Assembly: GCF_964204645.1 (NCBI RefSeq)
Contig: NC_134029.1
Location: forward strand, 19,400,950 to 19,464,949
Direction: 5' to 3'
Source of the DNA: Tubulanus polymorphus
Taxonomy: Eukaryota; Animalia; Nemertea
Length of the DNA: 64,000 nucleotides
Both the position numbers and the translations under genes were made by a program. The notes beneath the pieces are model-generated. The model saw only the letters and a program-made list of their open reading frames with translations. It made no database searches and was not told the DNA's origin. Below are positions 12,466 through 23,380 of the stretch, piece by piece (within the stretch, counting starts at the first letter, position 1; each line of letters begins with the position of its first letter).

Positions 12466-14248
12466 AGCCTCGCTTAGTTCAACATCTGAGTTATCGCATT
12501 ACAAATATTTCATAATGACAGATTTCACATTCATAGAGTATATATACGCCTCAGCCCTTTTGATAAGACATAAAATGATTCTCCCAATTCCGATAGCAAT
12601 TTTCCTTGTTATCTGAATAAAGACTTGAAATAAAACAACTCTTTTTGACCCTTAGAAACATGATGACATTTGATGAAATCGTTTCTTATTCAATTCTGAA
12701 TAAAGTTTATGGGATTTAGAATTTGTTCTGTGTCAGCTTGTCATTTTGTCTTACCTGCGACAAGTGTAAATTAGAGTCGATCTTTATTCGAACAATTCAG
12801 TCCGATGCTTTAAACTAGTAAACCAGTACAATACAAATCAAATTGTCAAACCCATGGGATTTGTGGTAATGAGTGTCCATCGTATTACGCTTAATGCAGG
12901 CATATCGGTCTTTATCCTGGAACCACTTCCCTTCAAGTGAGTGTGTATGATCGAACAAAATGTATATTGTATTCTCGGGTCAGGTAAGCGATCAAGAAGT
13001 ATGGTGATAACCTACAGAATACCCGAGGGCTAGCAGGGTCCAAGCTGTAGATTGAAACCTGCATTATTTCATATAAGGTTTAGAATCGATTAAAACATGT
13101 TACTATGATACTGTATGTAGTAACTCTGATATTATTGTGAACGGGTCCGTCTAAATCCTATCGACGACAACCACTTTTTAAACGGCAGTTCGTTTCTGGA
13201 AATCCCTACTTTCATTGATCTTCAACATTAGTTTTGAGTCCCACTTCATGCTTTTACAGCACGTACTATCAAGATGACAAGTTGCAATCTGAATGGTCCA
13301 GCTCGCATTTGATTCGACCACGTCCTTTTACGTTTTCCGCGATATCCATTCCAAAACCAATTCATCCACAAAAAATTAAAATAGATAACATTGATAATAA
13401 CAATTCACTTCGACTTTATTGAAAATTTAGCCAACTGGTAAAGTGTATGATCAACAAATTTCATTATAACGCCATCCTTTTTATTGTCGGACACTAACAT
13501 TGATGACGTAGTACACGTCGATTCGCACCCCAATGACTCGTAGTATCAATGCATATTAAAAAATTATTCTAACGATCTTTTCGGAGTAAAAAAAGTCACA
13601 GCGGAAAAGCAGATCGGTTGCTTATAATAATTATGATTTGATAATTTTTTTAAAATTTTTTAATTTTTTTCTATTTCATCTACATAGTAATCTTGAATTT
13701 ACTTGGCTACTCTATTTCTTCTAGACAATCGATTAATTTATTAGAATCCAAGTATTCACAAATATCATATTTACAAAATCACACACGGAAGGTCGGCAAT
13801 TGGAAAAACTTGTGCGTCTTTCAGGTCGTGAACCCGCGATCCCCGGTATTTGGTAACGTACAAAATGCGTAGCCTGAAAATTCAAAAATGAAACATTATG
13901 CAATAGTTGGTTGTGACTGATGGGATTTAGATACGGCCCCTTAAACGCCAAATGATTGTTGTATACCGATTATACCAAATGGAAGTAAAACTATGGTCTT
14001 CAATAAAACCTATTGTTTAACTTGTTATTTTGACATTGATGAAGCTAATTTCAATGGTTCAAAAGACCAAACAATAGGTTGATTGAAGACAATTAGTAAC
14101 TAATATGGTTTTACCTCTATTTGGTCTCATCGGTATACAACAATCATAGGGTAAGGAACCATTGAAAATACAATTTAACTTATTGTTAGGGCTTTGGCCT
14201 TCAATTTTGTTTCGGAATTTGAACACTTCCGATTGTATAGCCATTAAG

Positions 14249-15563
14249 TCCGACTCCCGACACACCGGCATACTGACATACCGGCACTCCCGACATACTA
14301 ACACTCCCGACATTCCGACACTCGCGACATACCGACACACCGGCACTCCCGGCACACCGGCACTGACGACATACCAGCACTCCCGACATACTGACACTCC
14401 CGGCACTCCCGATATACCGGCCACATCGGCACTCTCGACACACTCGACACTACGGCACTCACGACACTACGGCACTCCAGACACTCTGACACACCGGCAC
14501 TCTCGACACTCCCGACATACTGGTCTTGCCGACACACCTGACACACCGCCACTCCCGACATACCGACACACCGGCACTCCCGACATACCGGTATTCCCGA
14601 CACACCGCCACACCGGCTCTCCCGACATACCAGCACTCCCCACACTCCCGACACACCGACACACTGGCCTCCCCACACACCGGCACTTCCGACATACCCG
14701 CACTCCCGACATACCCGGTACTCTCGACACTCCCGACACTCTCGACACTCCCGACACACCGGCACTCCCGACATACCCGGCACTCTCGACACTCCCGATA
14801 TACAGGCACTCCCGACACACCGACACTCCCGACATTCCGACACTCCCGATATACAGGCACTCCCGACACACCGCCGCTCCCGACACACCGCCGCTCCCGA
14901 CACACCGGCGCTCCCGACACATCAGCGCTCCCGACACACCGGCGCTCCCGACACACCGGCACTCACGACATTACGACGCTACGCCGCTCCCGACACTCCG
15001 ACACACCGCCACTCCCGACACACCGACACTCCCGACACACCGGCACTCACGACATTACGACACTCCCGGCACACCGCCGCTCCCGACACACCACCACTCC
15101 CGACACCGGCACTCCCGACACACCGGCACTCCCGACATTCCGACACTCCGGCACTCACGACATTACGACACTCACGACATTACGGCACTCCCGACACACC
15201 GGCACTCCCGACACACCGGCACTCCCGACACACCGGCACTCACGACACACAGGCACTCCCGACACACAGGCACTCCCGACACACCGGCACTCCCGACATT
15301 ACGACACTCCCGACACACCGGCGCTCCCGACATTCCGACACTCCGGCACTCCCGACATACTGGTCTTGCCGACACTCCCGCCACACCCGACACACCGGCA
15401 CTCACGACATTACGACACTCCCGACACTCCCGACACTCCCGACACTCCCGACACACCGCCACTCCCGGCACACATGACACTCCCGACATACAGGTACTCC
15501 CGACACACCAACACTCCCGACAATCCGGCACTCACGACATACCGACACTCCCGACACATCCAG
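14249..15563 (+). repeat. Complex C/A-rich minisatellite of 8-9 nt words
   Basis: Concatenated CACTCCCGA, CACACCGG, CATACCGA, CATTACGA, CACTCACGA and similar words. It produces low-complexity ORFs in all frames. Confidence 0.95.
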
Positions 15564-15577
15564 TATTAAACAAAAAC

Positions 15578-15870
15578 AATTAATCTACTCACCACCAATT
15601 TCTGTGTGATGCATCATATATTTATTCGAAAGGTCTTGGGTCACCAGTGTTGGTATAGTCAGCCTTGCACTATTGGCAGCAATCAGATCCTGATGATGAA
15701 ACAGTGAGGAAGGGCCGATCTGAAAAAATCAACGATTTGATACATTACAAATTTTTATTTCGACTAGAAGAATCACTAATTATGTATAGGTCAGAAATGG
15801 ATCTGCAACTTCACCAAGCAGTTTTTAAATTAATGGACCTAAATGTACTCGATCAATTCTTTAGATAATA
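15578..15870 (-). repeat. Dispersed non-coding module, partial copy C1
   Basis: Reverse complement of module exon 2 and its flanking intron. Donor ACTCAC at 15587-15592 lies ~25 nt from the minisatellite. Confidence 0.8.
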
Positions 15871-16240
15871 CAGCTGATAAGAAACAAAAAAAAAATGATA
15901 GAAAATGAAGAGAAAATATTTCTGAATCAATGAAAACTAGTACCTTATATTTTTCTTTTTAAATAACTGTATAAAACATTTTGTACGAATATACACATCA
16001 ATTCAGGAAATCGTTAAAAGAATTAATTTTTTCTTTCCTGATACTCATATTTATTCTTTTCCGCGCACATCGGAAAACTGTAATATTGATCAATAAGTTG
16101 ATGCTGACAGTATACGGTAGGAAAAAATAATCCTAAACCGCCAATTTGTTTAATTAGAAACTGAGAAATACACGCTCATGGTTCCCGGCTACTGTCGGCA
16201 ATTTCCGTGGTTGGTTACGTTGTAATGATGTCACGAATCA

Positions 16241-16277
16241 GTTGCCAGGAAGCTGTTGCCGCGTTGCTATGTTAGCA
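16241..16277 (+). promoter_or_regulatory. Cluster of RFX X-box-like half sites upstream of the CBM20 gene
   Basis: GTTGCCAGGAAGC, GTTGCC and GTTGCTATGTTAGC lie within 40 bp, ~70-105 bp before the ATG. TGATGTCA and CACGTG are nearby. Motif match only. Confidence 0.35.
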
Positions 16278-16347
16278 TCAGTTTTCACTACACGTGAAAT
16301 CGCTTTTACACGCGCGCTTTTGCTTGCAATTGTTGTTTTACGACAAA

Positions 16348-17933
16348 ATGGAAAATTCAGACGAAATGGTATCTAATTTTGTTGATCGGGTGTTGAGATC
16401 GAGCGTCGAGACGACCCCAAAATATGGTAAAAGCATAACTTTTACAGAAGTTGATTCCTAATTAGATAAATGCAAGTTTTAGAAAATTTTTCTTCATTTT
16501 TTAGATTCCGAAAACGAAAATGTATTCTGCCTCAATGGCGAATTCTACTCTGCGGAAAACATAAGAACACTTCCAGGTAACATATATAAATATGGAAAAT
16601 CCGTTTTCAAATTGAATAAAACTTTTAACTAAACAAACTATAATCTACTTAAATCATACGATAGCCTGAAATTACTATGCTATTCTGTAGGTATTCCAAA
16701 ATCGTTCTGGTTATCAATCCGTCAGAGGTCTGCCGTGATTATGACCCATTATGAGACATCCCCGGGTGAAACAGTTAAAATGTTCGGCAAAACCATCGGT
16801 TGGAGCGATGGCACATTTCTTCAGAGAATCCCGTACAGTAACTGGTGGGAAGGTCACCTGACGGAACAACAACTCAGAACTGAATACAAGCTGGCAGTTG
16901 TGAGTGAAAATGGAGATATAAAGTGGGAGCCGAGAGCTAATCGATTTGTTAAATCGGCGGGAATTTACTTCTGCCAGTGGGGCCAGGCATCCGTGATTGT
17001 CGATGGTAAGTTTTGATCTTGATAACGTATGTTGCAAATAGTTGAACGATAGAAACAGAGTAGGACGTTCCAGTTTTTTTTTCTGTTTAAGACAAGTCGA
17101 ATAATCATCAAACTGCAGGAGGAATAAGAAAATTAACATCGACTGCAGCTCAACGAGACGTTGCCGAAGTGAACGGAATGGGAGCTGTGCAACTAAAACG
17201 CTATTCCGAAGAAAAGCTAGATGTAGAAAAGCATTTAGTTGAACACAAACCAGTGAGACCAGAGAGTGAGCGTTCACTTCCTCGTGAGATAAAAGCTGAA
17301 ATTCATGTCACCGAATACAAAGATGGTAAATCATCTAATGATGCAGAAGAAAGAAATCGCTTAAAAAGAAACGATATCGAAGTACAAATCAACCAACCGA
17401 TTATAGCGATTATACCACCCACATGTGAAATCAAACCAAACATTTCTGGCATCGATTTCGAGGGTGAGTGATTTAAATCGGAATATCTTACACTAAGATT
17501 GAAAATGTCTATGACTGGTTGGTAAATGTTTCATGGTTTTATCATTATTATACAGAACCAATAGATGACAAGAATATGATTACGGAAAAAGTTGACATTG
17601 ATGAAATATCGCTTGATGGAAGAGAGCAGAAGAACATAAAACCAGGGATGGGAGTCGGATTAAAATCTGAAGAACCGACGACAAGATGCGGAAAATCAGA
17701 AACTCGTGGTAAGAGCTTCACTGACTTGCAGATTGAGAAATCCGACTTTGCAGGTGTTGACATAATCCATATTCAATTTGTCAGCTTTTCTGATGAAGTT
17801 TGGAAATTGTAGTAGTCGTCATTCTAAACTAACTATGTATTTATATTCTCTATCTGTAGGAAAAGTGAGGAAATTCGCTAGATATTTACGTCGAGGCTTT
17901 CGCAGATTATTCATATGCAATGCTGGTCGATGA
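16348..17933 (+). CDS. CBM20 (starch/glycogen-binding) domain protein, 6 exons, 354 aa, copy 1
   Basis: Exons 16348-16426, 16505-16576, 16691-17005, 17092-17463, 17556-17708 and 17860-17933 splice GT-AG into one ORF. Exon 3 has the CBM20 pattern T-x-P-G-E...IGW...W...EYK...WE-x-x-x-NR. Confidence 0.82.
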
Positions 17934-18259
17934 AATTGATATCAACTTCATCATGTATATACTCTGAATGTGATGATTCGTAACTACCAATACCTCCGCC
18001 TGAGTCTCATATATTTGTTAATACGACCTATGCCGCCAATAAATGTTATTTCTTCAAAAAGTCTTTTAACAGAGATTTTCGTTACTTGTCCACCTGTAGG
18101 GAACTATAGTGATCTTCAGTGACGCGTTAGAAGCCACCAAGGGGTACATACAATAGGAATGTTTATGCAGGATTTATGGGTACTTCAATTTCATCAGAAC
18201 TTCAGCGTGTGTAATTGAACTTTGGCACACCAAGTATAAATATAGTAAAATTATACACG

Positions 18260-19528
18260 ATTGAACCGGTTACAAGCGGGTTACAAGTCGGTTTTACGAG
18301 TAAAATTTCATAATCAAGTTCAGGGAATAAATAAAAATACCTTGCTTTATCCGATACATTTTTATCAATTAGAACTCTTATCTCTCACCTTACCTCAAAT
18401 TCTTTAAAGCCGAATTATCAAAAAAACCTTGACCACAGAATTCGAAAGCATTGCGACAATAGAATATCAATTCAATTTAGTTTAACTCGAATTATCAGCC
18501 AAAATCAAACACAAATCACTGGACATCATAAATTAATTTGAGCTAAGATGACTGTTAGGATCAGTCTGTATCTGAGTTCGTTGTAACGAGGGTCCATCTG
18601 TTTAAATAAGCTTAAACCCGACCTAACCTAAATTTCCTATGCAACAAAGTGTCAAGATATGTACTCACTAATTTAAAAGTGGAGCTTCGTGGATTATTTC
18701 GATTAGTTATCTTTTCCTCGGAACATCCAGACTACAATACTCCGATCAGTTTAGTAAAATCGCAGCAATTGGCAGCAATCAGGTCCTGAGGAAATGAGGA
18801 AGGTCTGACGTTCACAATGCATTTGTTGGTTAAGTCAGCACGTTTCGAAGTCAGCATGGCAATCAGGCTGGAGAAGAAGGGTTTTTCTGAAAAAAAAACC
18901 CGCAACGATCACCATCGGAACTGTTAACTTAACTCGATACATGTACATCATAGTCTGTAACATCCATAAAACAAAAAATAATCTACTCACCACCAATTTC
19001 TGTGTGGAGCATCGTGGATTAATTCGAAAGGTCTTGGGTCACCAGTGTTGGTTTCGTCAGCCTGGCGCTATTGGCAGCAATCAGATCCTGATGATGAAAA
19101 AGTGAGGAAGGGCCAATCTGAACAAAATCAACGATTTGATACATTACAAATTTTGATTTCGACTAGATGAATCAATATTTCATGTGTAGATCAGTGTTGT
19201 GCGGGTGAGATCACTCCCGAAATGAACAGGCAACTTCGCCAACCAGTTGTTGAAATTCTGGACCTAAATGTACTCAATCAACATTTCTTTATAGCAATCT
19301 GAGTTTTTTAAAAAGTCTAAATTCAACTCACCTAACCGCGCGCGAGGACTGAACATACGCATATGCGCGTGTATAGTGAATTCAGCGTATGCAAAGAATT
19401 AATCCTCTGAACTGGTTCAATTCAAATTGAACTATTTGAAAGACCAGCGCACAATATGTTTCTCATGACTGGACACAATATGAACCGGTTTTGTCACAAT
19501 GCGGCTCATTGGACAGGACATCTCGCAC
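18260..19528 (-). repeat. Dispersed non-coding module, copy D1 (inverted relative to B1)
   Basis: Reverse complement of B1. Donors (ACTCAC on the plus strand) at ~19326, 18985 and 18663; acceptor at 19118. Confidence 0.85.
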
Positions 19529-20901
19529 TAGTTAGAATATATATAATAAATAATTGTCACTGCCCAACCTACGTGCCTGGCTGGTCTCTAGAGGCTCGGC
19601 TCTGGTCTTGCCCAGTTACACTTACAGCGTTGTTAATTTCAAGAACTCTCTGAAAGATATTTAGATATTTAAAAGAAAATACTTCAATTTGTTCATTTGT
19701 CATAAATTTTGGTGTGGACAGACAACAAGGGGTTTCACCCAGTCCTGAGAGTGGCCGGTTCGGGGCGCCCCGTATACTAAAGAGCTTGCGTCGATAGCGA
19801 TAATATATAGGCCTACCAACTGACAGTCTAAGGTTCTCGGCGAACAAGAGGTCCAATAAGGCAATATAATGAATGGTATCCCATGACCATGTAACATGAC
19901 AATTTTTTTGCCTTACACGTCTCTAACAATTAACTAACCACAGCCCCGCCCCGTGTTGGATTTAGATTATGCATTTCGTTGACGGAATTGAACAGTAGTG
20001 GCACCACATAAAACCGGCATATTTCCCTGCCCTGCACCAAACAAAATGCGTAACGTTGTTATCATGGTCGTGCAATAAGTAACCAGTATAGGCCGATTTG
20101 GTTAAACCTACCCAGTGAGATTCATTTAGGATGTCACCTCGTAATTCCCGGGATTAACAGAATTCTGAGAGTTTTATTTTGGCAATTAGTTCGATTAGTT
20201 AAAATCCCCGACTTTGCAGCGGCGTACTCGCTTCCCTGTGCACGCATCACTCGCTTCCCTGTGTATGCATCCCTCGCTTCCTTGTGAATGCATCTATCGC
20301 TTCTCGGAGCCCGCCTCTCACTTCCCGCACTACATGCAAAATTGGTTCCTTCCTGAATTTCAAGGTTCTTTCTATTACGAACTCCATCGATTGTAGTTGT
20401 GTCAGCAAAAGATCTTGACTGTGGTCCTTTATGTTAAAACTAGAAAATCCCCAAATTTCAGAGTCCTTTTGGAACATCGTGCGCATCCCGTCAACAATGC
20501 AATAATCAAATTTGGCTCCGCGTCCGTTGAAAATGCTATTGTCCTCGTGAACAAAATTAAAGTAGTTGAAAATTGATTGCAAAACTCGTCGAAGGCTGAT
20601 AAGATTCATGTTGTGGCTGTCTTCTGCTGCGACGAATGGACTAATTTTGAGGAATATCTAAGGAAATCTACACTTTTACTTTTGATCATAAAAAAAACGG
20701 ACAGAAATCCTTTCACATTTGCAAGAAATCCATGAAATTTCATGCTTTCGGTACTATTTCCAAGCGTTATTCAAAGAAAATAGAGGATGATAGAGTAAAA
20801 GTGCTTGAGAAAATCAAGATAATTTTGATGATTTACATATAACCGCGAAGTTGAGACTAACTTGAGAGTTGGCACCGAGGATAGCTGCGCTGTATTATAT
20901 T

Positions 20902-21880
20902 GTGTCCAGTCATGAGAAACACATTGTGCTCTGGTCTTTCAAATAGTTCAATTTGAATTGAACCAGTTCAGAGGATTAATTCTTAGCATACGTTGAATTC
21001 ACTATACACGCGCATATGCGTATGTTCGGTCCTCGCGCGCGGTTAGGTGAGTTGAATTTAGAAATGTTTTTTTCCCAGAAAGCTACATCATTCAAAGAAT
21101 TAGTCGAGTAAATTTAGTTCCACAATTTTAAGAACTGGTTCGCGAGGTTGCCGGTTCATTTAGGGAGTGATCTCACCCGGGCAACTGACCTATAAATATC
21201 GATTCTTCTAGTCGAAATCAAAATTTATACTGTACCAAATCGTTGATTTTTTTCAGATCGGTCATTCCTCACTTTTTCATCATCGGGATCTGATTGCTGC
21301 TCGTACCACCAGGCCGACTTAGCCAACTCTTGTGATCGAATTAATCCATGATGCTCCACACAGAAATTGGTGGTGAGTACTTTTCTTGTTGTTTAATAAT
21401 CTTTGAGTAATCGTTTGACAAAATGATTACTCCAGATTCAATATTGTATGTAACAGAGAATAATGTACATGTACATGTGTTAAGTTAACAGTTCTAATAG
21501 CGATCGTTGCGGTTCTTTTAGATAAACTCTGTCCAGCAGGACCTGATTGCTTTCAATACATGTTGACTTGGCCAACAAACGCATTGTGTGGACCTGATTG
21601 CTGCTACTGCATGCTGCGAACTAAAACTAACCTGGCCCAATAAATGACTCCTTTGATCTGAGTACTGTAGTCTGGACGTTACATCTCCCGAGGAAAATCT
21701 CACTAATCGAAATAATCCAAGAAGATGCACTTATAAATCAGTGAGTACATATCTTTCGGTTGTCGGGTTTAGGCTTATTCAAACAGATGGCCGACCCTCG
21801 TTAAACTCAGATACTGCAGACCCCTAACACTCTTAACTCGAATTAATTTGTGACCAGTGATTTGTGTTTGATTTTAGCTA
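20902..21880 (+). repeat. Non-coding module copy A2
   Basis: Duplicate of 3899-4820, with an extra ~55 bp that includes a micro-palindrome at ~21401-21435. Confidence 0.85.
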
Positions 21881-22327
21881 CCAAGTCAAATTATATCGAC
21901 ATCTCATTTTACGTTATATACATGTATTAATATTATATAATGCCTTCAATACTGTATTTGATTATTCTTTGCTTGAATGACTCCGGGCAGTGTATAAGTC
22001 GTTCCTAGTTCAACCAGTTCGCATCAATATTTCGAGATAAAACCCGGACGACCAGTACTGTCGATTCGATGACAAATTGTACAGTTTAGCACTCTGAAAT
22101 ATACAACAAACAGTATCGTGAAATGCCATGCGTTTTGTTTTCGTTGTCTGGCTGCTAATATCGTCTTGGTGCTTTCTGACCGTAACAATATACATATGTA
22201 AGTTCATAGAACCTATATGGTAAGTTATAGATGATTGTTCTAACAATGATTTCATAGTCGATTTGCAACCAAGCATGTGGTGAATTTATCCTGGATTTAT
22301 CGATTCAACTATAATTCAACCGTAGAC

Positions 22328-23380
22328 ATGGCCGTGGTGGTGACGATAATAACAGCTAATAGCTCGCATCAGTGTCCGCTGCAGCCGTTCGCTCCGATCA
22401 TTATAACATCCGTGGCAATTTTACCGACAGGAATTTTAGGTGTAATACTGGATGTGATCACTGTATTTGTCTATCGTCGCATTGCCAGAGCCCAATCGAA
22501 CAAAGGCTTTCACTCATCCACTTGGCTCATGCAGCTGTGGGCTGGTTTTGACGCAGTGGCGCTTTCTACCAGTTATCTGGCTTTCTCACTCCGATACACG
22601 GCCGCGCTAGTTACTTATGGTGAACTTGCATTTCACATTCATAAAGGCAATATTTTTCCACATTTCTACTTATCCGCTTCAGCTGGGGTAGGTATGGTGC
22701 TCAAGACTACAGAACCATGGATAATCGCGATGCTTACAATTGATAGATTTTTGCACGTTTACGATCCGTTCAGAGCCCCACAGTGGACCAGCGAATTCAA
22801 CTTGTCTTTAAGTTTCGGTTTCATATTATTTTGTTCCGCATTTCAGAGAGTTTTACTATTGATGCCTTTTCCTGCATTTAAGCCAATGGACAGTATTGAC
22901 TTGGTCCCAGTCAGTTGCCCTTACGGATTACCCGGTTATAAAACATTCTTTAGGAGGAATAACGTGGAGAAATTTCTATCGAGATTTCGTATAGGTATAT
23001 ACGGTGTATTAATACCCATATCGATCATATCAATGTTCAGTATTGGTATTCTGATTGTAGTTTCTAAAAGCGCCCTTTCGATTAAACGAAATGTTAGTAT
23101 TCCTAAATTTCACAATGCCCGAGCAACCGCCGTCGTACTTTTAATTGTGTTTAGCTACCTGTTACTCAAGGGACCTGCTGCTATGATACATGTCTATCAG
23201 GGTGTCACACCACAGGGTAAAGCCTTTAAAGCCCTATACAAGCGACCGTGGCTTTACGCATTTACACGGAACATCGGTTCCTTTACCGGTATCGTCAATT
23301 TCATAGTCTTTTCATTCATTAACCCTACATTCAAAAATGAACTCCGGCACATGTTGTACCGTAACAAGAGGAAAAAATGA
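22328..23380 (+). CDS. Intronless class A GPCR, copy 2 of 5267-6319
   Basis: Intact ORF with five amino-acid differences from copy 1. Confidence 0.9.
   Translation: MAVVVTIITANSSHQCPLQPFAPIIITSVAILPTGILGVILDVITVFVYRRIARAQSNKGFHSSTWLMQLWAGFDAVALSTSYLAFSLRYTAALVTYGELAFHIHKGNIFPHFYLSASAGVGMVLKTTEPWIIAMLTIDRFLHVYDPFRAPQWTSEFNLSLSFGFILFCSAFQRVLLLMPFPAFKPMDSIDLVPVSCPYGLPGYKTFFRRNNVEKFLSRFRIGIYGVLIPISIISMFSIGILIVVSKSALSIKRNVSIPKFHNARATAVVLLIVFSYLLLKGPAAMIHVYQGVTPQGKAFKALYKRPWLYAFTRNIGSFTGIVNFIVFSFINPTFKNELRHMLYRNKRKK

Larger units (their letters stand above)
2548..19546 (+). repeat. Tandem segmental duplication, unit 1 (~17.0 kb)
   Basis: The sequence from ATAATTGTCACTGCCCAACC (2548) recurs at ~19549. 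Gene order and ORFs are repeated with few substitutions and several indels. Confidence 0.97.

Noticed and set aside
14059-15583. Long His/Thr/Pro-rich and Cys/Arg/Val-rich ORFs (up to 473 aa) over the minisatellite
   Set aside because: The repeat words lack stop codons, so all frames stay open. The longest ORF has no ATG start and the frames are not conserved in unit 2.
16714-17277. 187 aa minus-strand ORF (and its copy at 33431-33991)
   Set aside because: It is the antisense shadow of the spliced CBM20 gene and has no recognisable motifs.
19080-19125. Box C/D snoRNA suggested by TGATGA and CTGA motifs in the module
   Set aside because: I could not establish a terminal stem or an rRNA-complementary guide, and the motifs fall in exon-like rather than intronic sequence.
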